In this document: positions 50,726-63,830 of the stretch, piece by piece
Position numbering within the stretch: the stretch's first letter is position 1
Layout: each line of letters starts with the position of its first letter
Source of the DNA: Octopus sinensis
Taxonomy: Eukaryota
Reading direction: 5' to 3'
DNA: 64,000 nt
Assembly: GCF_006345805.1 (NCBI RefSeq)
Contig: NC_043002.1
Coordinates: 61,132,001 to 61,196,000 of the forward strand
Translations under genes and position numbers: made by a program
The notes under the pieces: generated by a model
What the model was told of the DNA's origin: nothing
The model's database searches: none
Seen by the model: only the letters and a program-made list of their open reading frames with translations

Positions 50726-52427
50726 ACACACACACACACACACACAAACAAACACACACATATATACACACACACACCTTCCCAGCGCATTTGTATAGTT
50801 TTATAAACCGAATGCTTTAATATCTATTAACAATAAACTTCCATGTGTTGAAACCAAATACACAAACACACACAAAGTAGCAAGCACACACAAATACACA
50901 CACACAAACACACAGACACACACGCACAAACACACACACACATTTCTATACATTTATTCAGCCGTTCAAGGAGAGTCACAAATTATACTCTAAAGAAGAT
51001 ATGTTTATTATTTTTCTCATTTTTCGGGCCTTGTGCCAAGGGAAGAAAAAAAAAAGATTATTTTTCTAATTTGTTCCCATTTTTAACGCGTATCCACTGT
51101 GCAACCGTTAATCCAAACACGGTTTAATTTCTCTCTCTCTCCCCTTTCCACCTTTCTCCCTTCATTCCTCATTCCTTTCTGCAGGAAAGTATTGGCTTCA
51201 AACGTCAAAGACCCTACTAATTTTCCTGGATGCACCCTATTTGTCTATACGCTGTTCAATCACTTGCTACTCTTCTGATTATTTTTGATTTTGTACAATT
51301 TTGTACCACTCACACACACACACACAAACATAGTCATCAGTGGCGACTCCGGCACTCGGGCTGTTCGGGCTGTTCGAGATTAGCCTGAGTCTAAATTTAA
51401 TTAAGTGGTCGTGTATTTGCAAGCTGATTTAATTTCTACCAACACTGACTTCAAGTATGTAATTGCAGCCAATAACTCGGACTCCTTTTATTGAGCCTAG
51501 CCGCAGTTCATTAATTTTCAGTCAGCGTCTGGTGGTCGTCGTTGAGGTGTCCTGTATCGAAAAATATCATTCGTTGCGGACATTCTCCCGATATTGTTCA
51601 CATACGCCTGACTGGAGCTCGGAGGATACAGCCCGAGTTATCTACAATCATAAAAATTAAAAGTAATTCAAACTCAATGTCTTGAAACAATAAATTACTA
51701 TTTCGTTCTTCAATATTCTTTCTTATACAAACGAAAAATTAACCAGTTTCTCGTCATTTGACTGATACTAAACAATGGAGCTCTTTTGGCTGAATCACAG
51801 AATTTTGTAAGAAGATTGGTATTTGAAGAAAAGATAATTTCGAGGGAACAGGGTGGGGAAATAATTTTAGTCAAGGGGGAGAAAAAATACAAGGGATTCA
51901 TTTGGATCTTGTGTATATGGTTAGTAGTAAGCCCATTAAAGCACTTTAGCCACTTATGTTACCTGATGTTTTCCACGTTTAATATAAGTCACTGGATCTA
52001 CGTTAGGAATTCTGCAGTGTTCATTGAATTTATAATTAAAGAGGGAACGAAAAATGAAGTTGGCAAGGATCATTATTAAACACGGCGATTTTTCCGTCCC
52101 ATCTTGTATCTATCCATTACGTGTGTGTGGAGTGGGGGTAGTATTGCAATGTTAGTTATCTTGCATCCACCAGTGTAGAATGTATCTCGTCGGGTGCATG
52201 TAAGTGAACAAGCTGTATGATATCCGACAACTAAGTGTACAATATCCACTCCACTCAACGCAAGGAGCAGATGCAAATTTGGTCGAAACGATCGCTGTGT
52301 TGCATAAAGACACATGCTAAAGCCACTTTCCGTTTCCTTCATTCATTACCTATACATGTGTGTGTGTGTTTGTGTGTGTTTGTGTGCTAACCACTGCTAT
52401 AAATTATTGATTTAATAATTTTTAACC

Positions 52428-52458
<31 letters not shown>

Positions 52459-52704
52459 ATATTTTTTTTTATTGAAATGGATAAATGAATTATCTTGTTA
52501 CGGATTATTCAAATTATAACCGATACCTGGGTAGCAAAAATCACAACAGAAAAATCACGGTTGAGGTTACGACCATGGGGTATCGCAACCGTGCCTTAGT
52601 GCGGATAATTGAAGATTTATATATTTAGTGAGGGAAGAAATGGAGCTGAACGAAGATTTTACAAAATTCCTTTTTATTATTTTCTATATATATATATATA
52701 TATA

Positions 52705-52902
52705 CAACTTATAAATAAGGGCAAAATTTTCCTATGCCAATTATGCCGAAAAATAGACTTTAAATCGTCAATAACCACATATAATTCATCACTTCGAGAC
52801 GCGTGCTTTTAGTGATGAATATGTGGTTATTGACGATTTAACATCTATTTCTCGGCATATTTGGCATAGGAATTTTTTTCTGTTGCCCTTATTTATAAGT
52901 TG
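52705..52902. repeat. Fold-back: ~90-bp imperfect inverted arms (52705-52793 and 52811-52902) with a 17-bp spacer
   Basis: caacttataaataagggcaa...attcatcact versus agtgatgaat...ttgcccttatttataagttg. Abuts (AT)n. Confidence 0.92.
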
Positions 52903-53134
52903 TTTTCACCTTAAAAAGGTATTTTTTGATATGCTGGCCACTGATAAAAGTTTTTAAAAAAATTATCCTATATTAGATGATATATATATATATATTTATA
53001 AGAGATAATGGTGTCGTTGAGACCCAAAGGTGTCAGGTAATGCTGAATAAGTGCTATAGACAGACCGTAGTTAAGTTCCAGATTCGGTAATATTGCGAAT
53101 ATATTGTTCAAATTTGGTTCTATGTCAGCGTGTG

Positions 53135-53285
53135 TATATATGAATTTTATGCGTAATGAGATAAGAAACCAAGGCTGTATAGATATTAGATCATTTATAT
53201 TAGAGATAATATAAATGACCTTTTATCTATAAATGCTCTAATATTTATACAGCCTTGGTTTTTTTTTATCTCATCACGCATAAAA

Positions 53286-53295
<10 letters not shown>
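53135..53295. repeat. Fold-back with a nested perfect 12-bp hairpin
   Basis: Outer arms 53135-53190 and 53237-53295. Inner tcatttatatta-gaga-taatataaatga at 53191-53218. Abuts (AT)n. Confidence 0.92.
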
Positions 53296-53324
<29 letters not shown>

Positions 53325-53328
<4 letters not shown>

Positions 53329-53795
53329 TGGATTCTACTGTCGTAAACGACAGATGAGGGTTTGGTAAAATAAAACTTTAATCATATTCTATGGACACGA
53401 AGGTGTCACTTGAGGTCCACTTGGTGCTTTGCAAATATTTTAGCAAATGGAGCAAGTTGAGGACTCAATTTGCTTGAGTGCTTACAGATCGTGTACTATG
53501 TGTTTTCTTGAGTGAACGACAAGGTTATCTTTGCATCGTGCCACAGTGACATGTAAGGTTTCCATTTAGAGAAACTACGTTTTGCCTGCGTGCCTTCATG
53601 CTTGTATAAAGGTGGTTCCCATGCTGGAGTGGACTTTGCTCAAATGTTTGAACTGAGGCGAACCAAGATTGGTGCCAGATCCTGCGTTGTAATGCTTTGT
53701 TTTCTCAGGAAGAAAAGGTGATGTTGCATAGCTTAAGATTGCCATTAGTTTGTCGTTGAAGGGCAAGTGTGGCCTTCCAAATGACCTTCCTATAT
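53325..53795 (-). mobile_element. RTE-clade LINE 3' fragment
   Basis: GRSFGRPHLPFNDKL, then (shift) NLKLCNITFSS*ENKALQRRIW...QTFEQ...KARRQ...LTCHCG. RTE-like tail tcatctgtcgtttacgac. Confidence 0.75.
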
Positions 53796-53869
53796 ATGTG
53801 TGTGTGTGTGGATTTCTTCTGTATTTTACTTGTTTCAAACTTTAGCTGCGAACGTGATAGGGCACCACA

Positions 53870-54537
53870 TTCAAGGATTCAGTTGAACAAATAAATCCCA
53901 GTATATTTTTATGCTTGGTACTTGTTCTATTGGTTTCTTCATGCCGAACTGCCACGTTACATAAAAAGCTACACTAGTTGTCAAGCTGTGGTGGGGACAA
54001 ATACAAACGCAAACGGAAACCCCTCCTTCCGTTTCCGTCAACCAAATCTCCTGCCGACATTTGGCCCGAGGTGCCACTCTTTTGGAACTGAACACAAGAG
54101 AATGTAGATAGGAAGTAAACTAGTATATATTCTTTTACTCTTTTACTTGTTTCAGTCATTTGACTGCGGCCATGCTGGAGCACCGCCTTAAGTCGATCAA
54201 ATAGATCCCAGGACTTATTCTTTCTAAGCCTAGTACTTATTCTATCGGTCTCTTTTACTGAACGGTAAGTTACGGGGACGTAAACACATCGGCATCGGTT
54301 GTCAAGTGATGTTGGGGGGACAAACACAGACACACACACATATACACACACATACATATACATATAAATATATACGACGGGCTTCTTTCAGTTTCCGTCT
54401 ACCATTTCTACTCACAAGGCTTTGGTCGGCCCGAGGCTATAATAGAAAACCCTTGCCCAAGTTGCCACACAGTGGGACTGAAGGCGGAACCCTGTGGTTG
54501 GTAAGCAAACTACTTACCATACAGCCACTCCTGCGCC
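53870..54537 (-). mobile_element. Two SINE family A copies in tandem (old 53870-54120; young full-length 54131-54537)
   Basis: The young copy runs from the tail tttactcttttacttgtttcagtc to the head ...acagccactcctgcgcc. Confidence 0.9.
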
Positions 54538-55439
54538 TATGTGTGCATGAAATATATTTTGTTATTCTTCATAACTAATATATTATGCAAATATTGTCAT
54601 TTTTACCGATGATTTATTTGACGCCTATTGGAATATTAGTCACGATGCCAACATTAACACTTTTATTTATTAATCGAAAAATTATTTTGAGATGTTAATT
54701 TTAGAGCAATTTTTTTTTTTACATTTCGTTTATATAAATTCGAGAACTCCTTATATCAGTGATTTATTTACATTTTACTGGATCTTCATTTAAATATTTA
54801 ATCAGCTATTTTAATTAACGTTCCTAGTGAGACAATACATTTTGCATAATACAAAATATTATCTTCCCTGATTTATATTTTTTAAGTTGTATTATGTCAC
54901 ATTGTAAGAAATAAACTAAATGCAACATCACTTTTAATGGCAATATTAATCCTTGGTACATTTTCATCTGTTCTAGCGATCATTCACCTTTATTTAAATT
55001 AAATATTTGCATCAGCAATATCGAATCATTTCTGAAAAATTGCTATCTTTACAGCATATCTATAACTTTCAAAAATATCATATTTATCCTTTAGATATAT
55101 TATTGACAGTTTCTTGTAAACATTGCCTGGTTAAAATTTTACATTTCGATGAATTACTTTTTTTCTTACGAGCATTAACTGTCAGAATAATCCATTTAAT
55201 ACGTTTATATTAAACACTCAAGCCACACATATACTCCCATAACTATTGAAGCAAGTATGATTCATGCTTGCTTTTTCTTCATTTCCCCGTTTCTAACGGG
55301 ACGCTGATCACATCAGGATCCTTATCTTCCAATCTTTAGATTTCTCTCCCTTCAGCTCTATTTAATCCGAACAATATAATCTATTTCTCTCAATCTCTGC
55401 CTATCTGTCCATCTCTCTCTCTCGATATATATATATATA

Positions 55440-55606
55440 TATATAGTCTTCCACCGTCTTTCTTTTCTATTATACTTTTCTGTGTTTCCGAAGAAGAGCT
55501 TTGCTCGAAATGTTAAACCATCTTTCCTTCCCTGAGCGTCTGTTAATATTTACATGTACCACGTCCCCGTGTGTTTTTTTCTGTTTTTTTCTTCGTTTCT
55601 TGGGGA

Positions 55607-55615
<9 letters not shown>
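55440..55615 (+). mobile_element. Penelope-type terminal-repeat fragment with near-canonical hammerhead motif
   Basis: ttt-CCGAAGA(55488-55494)-a-GAGC-ttt-GCTC-GAAA-tgt-t-aaa. (AT)n on both sides. Confidence 0.6.
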
Positions 55616-55640
<25 letters not shown>

Positions 55641-55642
<2 letters not shown>

Positions 55643-55830
55643 TTTTAGTCTTTTACTTGTTTCAGTCATTTGACTGCGGCCATGCTGGAGCACCGCGTTT
55701 AGCCGACCTAATCGACCCTAGGACATATTCTTTGTAACCCTAGTACTTATCTTATCGGTGACTTGTTCCGAGCGGCTAAGTTACAGGGACGTATACATAC
55801 CAACATTGATTGTCAAGCGATAGAGGAGGG

Positions 55831-55873
<43 letters not shown>

Positions 55874-56026
55874 CGACGAATTCTTTCAGTGTTCATCTAA
55901 CAAATCCCCTTACAAAACTTTACTCGACCCGTAGCTATAGCAGAACATACTTGCCCAAGGTGCCACACATTGGGATTGAACCCGGAACCATGTGGTTGGG
56001 AAGAAAGCTTCTTACCACACAACCAT
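55641..56026 (-). mobile_element. SINE family A, near full length
   Basis: Tail, body and head motifs as at 54131-54537. Confidence 0.88.
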
Positions 56027-56099
56027 GGATATATATATATATATATATATACATCCATCCATCCATACATATGTATGTGTATATATGTTCCATCAAAAA

Positions 56100-56555
56100 A
56101 TATCACCTGGTAATGTTTATTCAAAGATTCCAACGTTAATATCTCCCATATCCACCCGTCATATCCCCCACATCCTCAACAAGGTTCTGGCACCTGGCGC
56201 ATGCAATCCTCTGTGTATTCCCGGGAAGATTCTTGAGCATCTCCTTGTTCTTAGTGACCAGTGCAGCCTTGCTATTACAAGAAGAGAGGTGAGTGTCTTT
56301 CTGAATCGCACCCCATGCATTGTGATCCACGGGATTACACTCAAAAGAGTCAGGGGGATAGTAATTTGGACCGATGTAGTTGTAGTAATTCTCGGGCGAA
56401 AATTTCTGACACGTTCCAGAGGTAAAGCAAGTTATTTCGCTTTTTGTACAATTGGTAGCGAAGTGCCTCACTCAGAGACAGCTTCGTGGTGGCGATTCCA
56501 ACAAACACCTCTCTTGCAAAATCCCACATCTCTTTATACAGTTACGTCTTCTTAA
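56100..56555 (-). mobile_element. Tc1/mariner (maT-like) transposase C-terminal remnant
   Basis: YPPDSFECNPVDHNAWGAIQKDT...NSKAALV...RIACARCQ...GGY is a degenerate WPPNSPDCNPLDY.VWG motif. Confidence 0.8.
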
Positions 56556-56764
56556 GCCTTCGTCTTTTTTCCTCCTCTTTATCGCGCCTTTTATTTACAT
56601 ATTTATCTCTTTATTATTCATGTATTGATCTACATTATATATATATATATATATATAAATATACAAGTGAAACCAATGCTACATAGGTAATCGTTTTTTT
56701 ATTTCGTATATTATCATTTCTCTTGCTTATTTTTACATTAGTATTATGCGAAAATATGTCAAAA

Positions 56765-56960
56765 CGGAAATGGATCCCATAAATTTCCAAAGTTCTCTGG
56801 ACAAAATTCTCCAAGTATTCCCGAACCAAACTCTTACACCCAGATATGCATCCAACAATAATAACTTTTTCTTATAGTGGGCCATGGAGTCACATATATG
56901 AATAAAAGACTTCACCAAATGGTGCTATTAAGTTTGACATGGCCTGGGCCTATACTGGCC
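56765..56960 (+). mobile_element. CR1-group LINE extreme 3' fragment
   Basis: [32 protein letters not shown] resembles the F...LD..L..IPD.P...GY end of CR1-group ORF2. Followed by UTR and (AT)n. Confidence 0.55.
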
Positions 56961-56978
56961 TATATACATGTGTATATA

Positions 56979-57024
<46 letters not shown>

Positions 57025-57072
57025 ATATTTATACATATGTATGTATATATACATATATGTATTATATATATT

Positions 57073-57107
<35 letters not shown>

Positions 57108-57175
57108 TGTATGTATATATATGTATATATATATAATATATATATATAATATATATATATATTATATATATATAT

Positions 57176-57221
<46 letters not shown>

Positions 57222-57678
57222 AAGTATCTAAAGAATATGATGGGGTGGTTGTCCGTTAGGTTCACAGCTGAGTATGGAGCAAGAAGTCCGTAGCAAGCTT
57301 CCAAATTAACAGCTATATATTATCGGAAAAAGGACGACATCAAACCAAGGCAGGGCGAGTATCTCAAGTTATCAACAATATTTAATTACAGCAATGTGAT
57401 TTTGAAGTATTTAATAAATTAATCAATTAATTGTCTTACAGCTTTTTGTGGCATATCCCGTGTTAGCATCGCTATACACAGCGTATTCCGTCATCAGACA
57501 CAAGGTGGGCATGCAAATTCAGAGTTTATAACGGAATTATATAGTAGATAGAAGAATAAAGAGTAGAACCGCAGATGTATGTATGTATATGTGTATATTA
57601 TGTCTTATGTCTAGTTACACACAGACGTAAACATATACATATAAATGCTCTTGCATATATATATGTGTGTGTAGTGTT

Positions 57679-57751
<73 letters not shown>

Positions 57752-58488
57752 ATATATATATATATATATATATAATATATATATAATATATATATATATT
57801 TATACGCGGTCTATTAGGTAGATTAAGTGTTTGTGTGTATGTATGCTATAGAGATTGTAGATGACATGGGGAGAATCGGGTAAAGAGCAGAATACCGATT
57901 AAGAAAAACGTTAGAGGAACAATTGCAGACGTAGGTAGGCTAATTGTTCATAGTCGGAAACAGTAGGATTAGTAATGGTGGTGATATTTGATATTAAAGA
58001 AATAACGATATTGCAGCTGGTATCTTGTATGAACAGGAAATGTCGGATTCAGTATAGATACTTTAGTTTAACGAGACCTCCTTCGCTAAGTTTCACTTGC
58101 ACGATTCCCTGGAGCAATAGCATAATTAATGACGTTCGCATAATGTAGACACATGATAGAAATTTATATTGTCTAAATATAAGGCCATACATATGACTGT
58201 GCATACATATCCAGACACAGATGTTATATATATATATATATTTACATATATATGTGTGTCTATCGATGTATGTGTGTATACGCATATATATGTATCCATG
58301 AATGTATAGATGTTGGTAGGTGCCTATGCATTTATGTATGTAAGTTTGTTATATGTAAGTATATGCGCACGTGTGTGTATATATACGAATGAATGAGTTG
58401 CCAAACATCGATATGTGCGTATAATATGTATGTATATACTTATGTCTGAATAATAAACATAAAAGTATATATGTGACTGTACAGAAAG

Positions 58489-58522
<34 letters not shown>

Positions 58523-58575
58523 TATATATATATTTAAATAATATATTTATATATAATATATATAATATAACATAA

Positions 58576-58660
<85 letters not shown>

Positions 58661-58975
58661 GCATACATGTATGTATGTATTGAAAATATTAGAAATAAAG
58701 ATTACTTCGAAGTGACTTTAGCATAGCTCGTAATTTTATAATTATATACCATCTTTTAAACCAACACACGTTTCAATTAGTAATCGTTGCAATTACAGCG
58801 CTACTATAAAACGGTGCAGTCTCTTCAGGGTCTTAACTTGATATCCTTCGGTATGAATATATATGTAAACCTGTGTGTATATGTTTGTACATACAAAGTT
58901 GTGTGTATATATTTATGATTGAAACATCAACGTACGCCCATACATATGCGCTTGTGAATATATACGCCCCCAGCT

Positions 58976-59070
<95 letters not shown>

Positions 59071-59250
59071 TGAATATACAGACAATGACGCATATATACA
59101 CACACACTCACACATACACACACATATGTATATAAATGTACGTATAATTTAGTCTACGGGTGTATCGATGTATGTTTGGATCACAAACATTGGATCCTAT
59201 ATGTGATTGTGCATACATAAGCGCATGTGTATAGGCAAATATATGGGATT

Positions 59251-59641
59251 TGGCTGTGTGGTAATAAGCGTGCTTACCAACCACATGGTTCCGGGTTCAG
59301 TTTCACTGTGTGACAACTTGGGCAAGTGTATTCTACTATAGCCTCGGGCCGACCAAAGCCTTGTGAATGGATTTGGTAGACGGAAACTGAAAAAGTCCGT
59401 CGTATATATGTATATGCATATATATGTGTGTGTGTGTGTTTGTGTGTCTAGGTTTGTCCCCCATCCAATACCGCTTGACAACCGATGCTGGTGTGTTTAC
59501 GTTCCCGTAACTTATCGGTTCGGTTCGGCAAAATAGACCGATAGAATAAGCACTTGGCTTACAAAGAATAAATCTGGGGTCGATTTGCTCGACTAAAGGC
59601 GGTGCTCCAACATGGCCTCAGTCAAATGACTGAAACAAGTA
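59251..59641 (+). mobile_element. SINE family A, near full length
   Basis: tggctgtgtggtaa...ccgggttcagtttcactg...ggtgctccaacatggcctcagtcaaatgactgaaacaagt. Confidence 0.9.
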
Positions 59642-59649
59642 ATATATAT

Positions 59650-60860
59650 ATAGGGTCTTCGATTAAGAGCGCTGAATTTGAATTAGGTGACGCTTTAGTG
59701 TTTTGAAGTTTGAAGGCTTGCTTTTACCATGTTTGCTATCTGCCTTCACTCCGATTAACAGTATTTTGTTTGTTTTTGAGAATTGTGTGCAGTATGTCAT
59801 AAAGCTTTTTACAACTGAGCAACGCGTTCTCATTGTGAATACATTCTACCAAAACGGAGGTGCGACGCAGACAGTTCGAACACTTCGTACCATTTAGGGG
59901 AGAAATGAAACACCCAAAAGTGTCTACGGTTCGCAGAATAATGACAAAGTTTAGAGCAAATGATTCATTTGCAACGGCTAAGTCGCCAGGACGGAATCGT
60001 TCTCGTCTGACAGAGCAACAAATTGCTGTTCCGAAAGACAGTGTCACTCTAAGTACCGTGAAAATCGATTCGCAACAGTTGGGTATCCCCATAACATCAT
60101 TACATTGAATTTTGCATAAAGATATTTATATGCATGCGTACAAATTTCAACTTACGCAGCATCTTCAGCCACCTCACCACGAAAGACGGAGGAAAATTGC
60201 GACCCGCTTGTTGAGAGACTTGCAGCTGACGAAAATTTTGCAAAGGGAATAATTTTCAGAGACGAGGCGCACTTCCATTTGAATAGATTTGTCAATAAAT
60301 AGAATTACCGGTTTTTGGGAAAAGAAAATCCTCACATAATGCCAGAACGTGAAATGCATCCACTGAAAGCGACTGTGTGGAGTGGTTTTTGGGCAAGTAG
60401 AGTTCTTGGATCGTTCTTATTTGCAAATGATGAGCAGAATGCAGTTACTATTAATGGAGAACCCTACCAACACAAGATATACCCTCAGTTATGGACGAAC
60501 TTGAATGATACAGAGATTGATAACATCTCGTTTCAGTAGGATAGAGCGATCTGGCACACCCTACGCCAAACGCTTGCATTACTCCACGAAAGATTTCCGC
60601 AATGAGTGATATCCTTGCACGGTGACAAATAATGGCCATCAAGGTTCTGCGATCTTACCCATTGTAATTTCTCCTTGTTGGGGTATGTGAAGTGATAAGT
60701 ATACGTCAATAAACCATAGACAATTCCTGAATTCAAAGTTGACACCAGGCGTGTGATTGGAGGCGTCGTGCCACGCATCTGTGAGACAGTAATCGGGAAT
60801 TGTATTCGCTGGACATATGACCGACATTGACTTCCATACCATAAACAGGAGACAGAGTTG
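59650..60860 (+). mobile_element. Near full-length decayed Tc1/mariner (rosa/maT-like) transposon
   Basis: Pieces of a whole transposase: TEQRVLIVNTFYQN, STVRRIMTKF, SPGRNRSR, ILHKD..MHAYKFQLTQ, IFRDEAHFHLN, NPH, MHPLKATVW.G, WPSRFCDLT. Multiple frameshifts and stops. Confidence 0.9.
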
Positions 60861-62388
60861 ATAAACTAGATAGAGTGGCAAATTTTAGTGTCGTGTTCGA
60901 ATGTTTGGAATTAACATCAACCGGTAATATTTGTAATAAAATAGCATAAAATATCTATAATAATGTGAAAAGGATAATTTCTATAGAATGTTATAAGATG
61001 TTAAATAAAGATACCGAAGCTCTATGGAAAATATTTGAAGATCATGGAAAACGAAATGAGTTTCGTTTTTCCTGCAGTCATAACACAAGTTACATTCAAT
61101 GTTGATTCTATTGACTACTCTCTGATTATTTCAGTCAATATTTGAATCCCCTTCGCTTCGGCGAACAAGGGTTCAAAAATCTACACTTAAAAGTGGATCA
61201 TCACCTTAAGGCCGCTTATGTACAGAATCAAAATGATGACTTTCAGTAAAATCCTCCACTTGTCCGCATCGCCTATTTCTCCATCGCCCTTTCGTTTATG
61301 AAGGGAGAGTAACGGTATGAAGGGAGCGTAATGGTGTTCGTGCTGGTGCCTTAGTTCGCTGAGCAGCCTGTTGAATATTATCATAGTGGGTACGGTTTTT
61401 GCAGAGCAGTCCAATTGTCTCGTCCTCCAAATTTGTATTAGGCTGGTGCATCAAGTCTCTTGAGCTGATCAGTTACCAGAATTCAGGATATTCATGGAGT
61501 TACCTTCTCTTAGATGAGCAGCTAAAGTTGAAATGCCTCATCTGCCTTGGGTCTCTGAGTGATCTTCATCAGGAAGGTATTCCATGACATAATAATTAAC
61601 TCATAATTAAGATCCTGGCAGGTACTGCTACGATTCGTCAGAGCAGATCTGAGTCAGATAGTGGCTAATCGATGGTTCCACACTTCTCAAAATCCCAGAA
61701 CATACTATCTAAAAGAGTCATTAATGGATGCAGTTTAAAATCATATCCCAATAAAACAAATAATATTTTCGGATCGTTCTTTGGCTCATAAATCTGCATT
61801 TAGGCAACTCCTTCAATATTTAAACCAAATCTGGATTTCTAAAGCCTTTACCTTGCCAATTTCGAAAAAATTACAGCATGTAATATAGCAAGAACTATTT
61901 CCATCACCAACTCACAATGTATTGCATGGTATATTTCTGTTGGGGTAATTACTTGTTGTAATAACTTTTTCTGACATTTTCATTTTCACATGAACTACAT
62001 TTATTTCCACTTTCCTGTTATTAAATCTTAAATACTGAAAGATATCTGGAGATATCAACAACTTACAGAAACATTTCGAAATCTTATCCGATTTAGCTTA
62101 TAGAAGATAATGAAATTCAGTGCTACAAAATTGCAAATGTTCTATCATCAAATGAAAACACAGCACCTAGGAAGGGGGAACTATAGACAATGGTTTTCTT
62201 AGGGTCAAAATATATCAATAATTTTGTAATTAGAATTAGAAGAGTAGAATAAATATAATCACCTATTATGTGTAATGGAATGTTTGCCGTCATATGATAG
62301 GCGACTTTTTAAGTATACTTTTGTTATCAGAATCATGTAATGAAATGTAACATTCATGTGTCATTATCAAATATGCACTTTCCAGAGT

Positions 62389-62702
62389 GAAGGCGCATGG
62401 CTAGGTGGTTAGAGCGTCGTGTTTGCGATCGTGAGGTTGTGAGTTCGAATCCCGGACCGGGCTGCGTATTGTGTTCTTGAGCAAGACACTTTATTTCACG
62501 TTGCTCCAGTTTACTCAGCTGTCGTCACAGGTATCAAGCTGTATCGGCTGTTGCCTTTCCCTTGGATAATACTGGTGACGTGGAGACGGGCGGCCGGTAT
62601 GCATGGGCGACTGCTGGTCTTCCATAAACGACCTTGCCCGGACTTGTGCCTGGGTGGGTAACTTTCCAGGTGCAATCCTATGGTCAGTCATGACCGAAGG
62701 CA
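62389..62702 (+). mobile_element. tRNA-derived SINE (family D) with CORE-like segment
   Basis: A box TGGCTAGGTGG, B box GAGTTCGAATCC, then gtgttcttgagcaagacacttt (CORE-like). Tail ggtgcaatcctatggtcagtcatgaccgaagg. Confidence 0.85.
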
Positions 62703-63167
62703 GTCTCAGCAACTTTCCAGAAAGTTGTCATTGTCTGCCATTAAGGTTCATGGCATACTCATCCTGTGATTAATCGAACTTTCTCTGTAGATTTATTTCT
62801 CTTAGGTAAGCTAAGCCTAATGTCATCACCGTTGTTTGGAATCACTTTATCATCTGACATGTGCCACACCGTGCATCTTCGCACGCAATGGATATTATTG
62901 GAAGGAGCAGAAGCATTTATTCCTTCAGCAGAATCATTTTATCCATCAGAAAAAATAAATATCTGTCTATGTTGATCAACGAATCGGCTGGGCAAAACAA
63001 TCTTGAGTTACCAATCTGGGAACCCTGATCTATCGTTTACCACAACAGAGATCGCCATAAATTCTTTAACTCTTACATTCTCTCCCGCTCTCTATGTAAA
63101 AATGAGTGATTGGAAAAATGACAAAACTCACAGGCAGAAATTTGTATCGGCTAATATTATTATCATT

Positions 63168-63700
63168 ATTGAGTGAGAGAGTAGTGCATGCCATCATAAT
63201 AACACTGGGTTATAATATACGAGCCAGTATACCCAACATCACTACCCGTCTGATAAGAGTACACCAGGCACATGCATCACAACTATATGTGAGTGACATG
63301 AAGATCTTATATTAAGATAAACAGCGTATGATCTTGCAGTTACAATTTTCTTCAGATCGAGTAGTCCATCCCGCTCAAAAGGTTCTTGAATAAGGGTTGT
63401 TTACGGATGATGAACAAATCACCCATGTTACGAAAGGGGAATTATCTAAACCCCCAAAGAATTACTCTTAACACATGGCTATAATGCTCCCCCACTAATT
63501 CTGCTCGCGATTAGTGATTCTCATATCGTTAGCCATTAAGGCACATGCTGAACTGGTTAAGGTCAAGCAACTGCCGAGTACATTTGTGGTATTGCGCAGA
63601 ATAGTCGCTGTAGCCCATCTTTTATACCAAGATAAAATAATATACATGACAACACGTCCAATCAGTTATGAGAGGCAATGTCTGGTACTGCATCAGTGCA
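63168..63700 (-). mobile_element. About 530-bp ORF-less interspersed element flanked by (AAT)n
   Basis: Related fragments at about 43778-43860 (opposite orientation) and about 46590-46705. ATT/AAT runs on both sides. Confidence 0.65.
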
Positions 63701-63702
63701 TT

Positions 63703-63736
63703 TATTATTATTATATTTCTTCTTCTTCTTCTTCTT

Positions 63737-63799
<63 letters not shown>

Positions 63800-63830
63800 G
63801 TTATTGTTATTATTATTATTATTATTATTT
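63703..63830. repeat. (TTC)n followed by (TTA)n
   Basis: Visible directly. Confidence 0.95.

Noticed and set aside
51337-51660. cagtggcgactcc... start resembling a hAT or other DNA-transposon TIR, with a gggctgttc tandem
   Set aside because: I found no matching inverted terminus or TSD downstream.
52080-52345. Possible Tc1 catalytic remnant on the minus strand (ILHWWMQDN)
   Set aside because: Only one weak motif, which is insufficient support.
61140-61640. GC-richer stretch with short open frames on both strands, possibly an exon or an old LINE
   Set aside because: Stops occur in all frames within about 50 codons, with no diagnostic motif or convincing splice pair.
62392-62465. tRNA-like sequence with A and B boxes (similar heads at about 2480-2553 and in families A and B)
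   Set aside because: There is no complete cloverleaf or acceptor stem, and the sequence continues into a SINE body. These are SINE heads and not tRNA genes.
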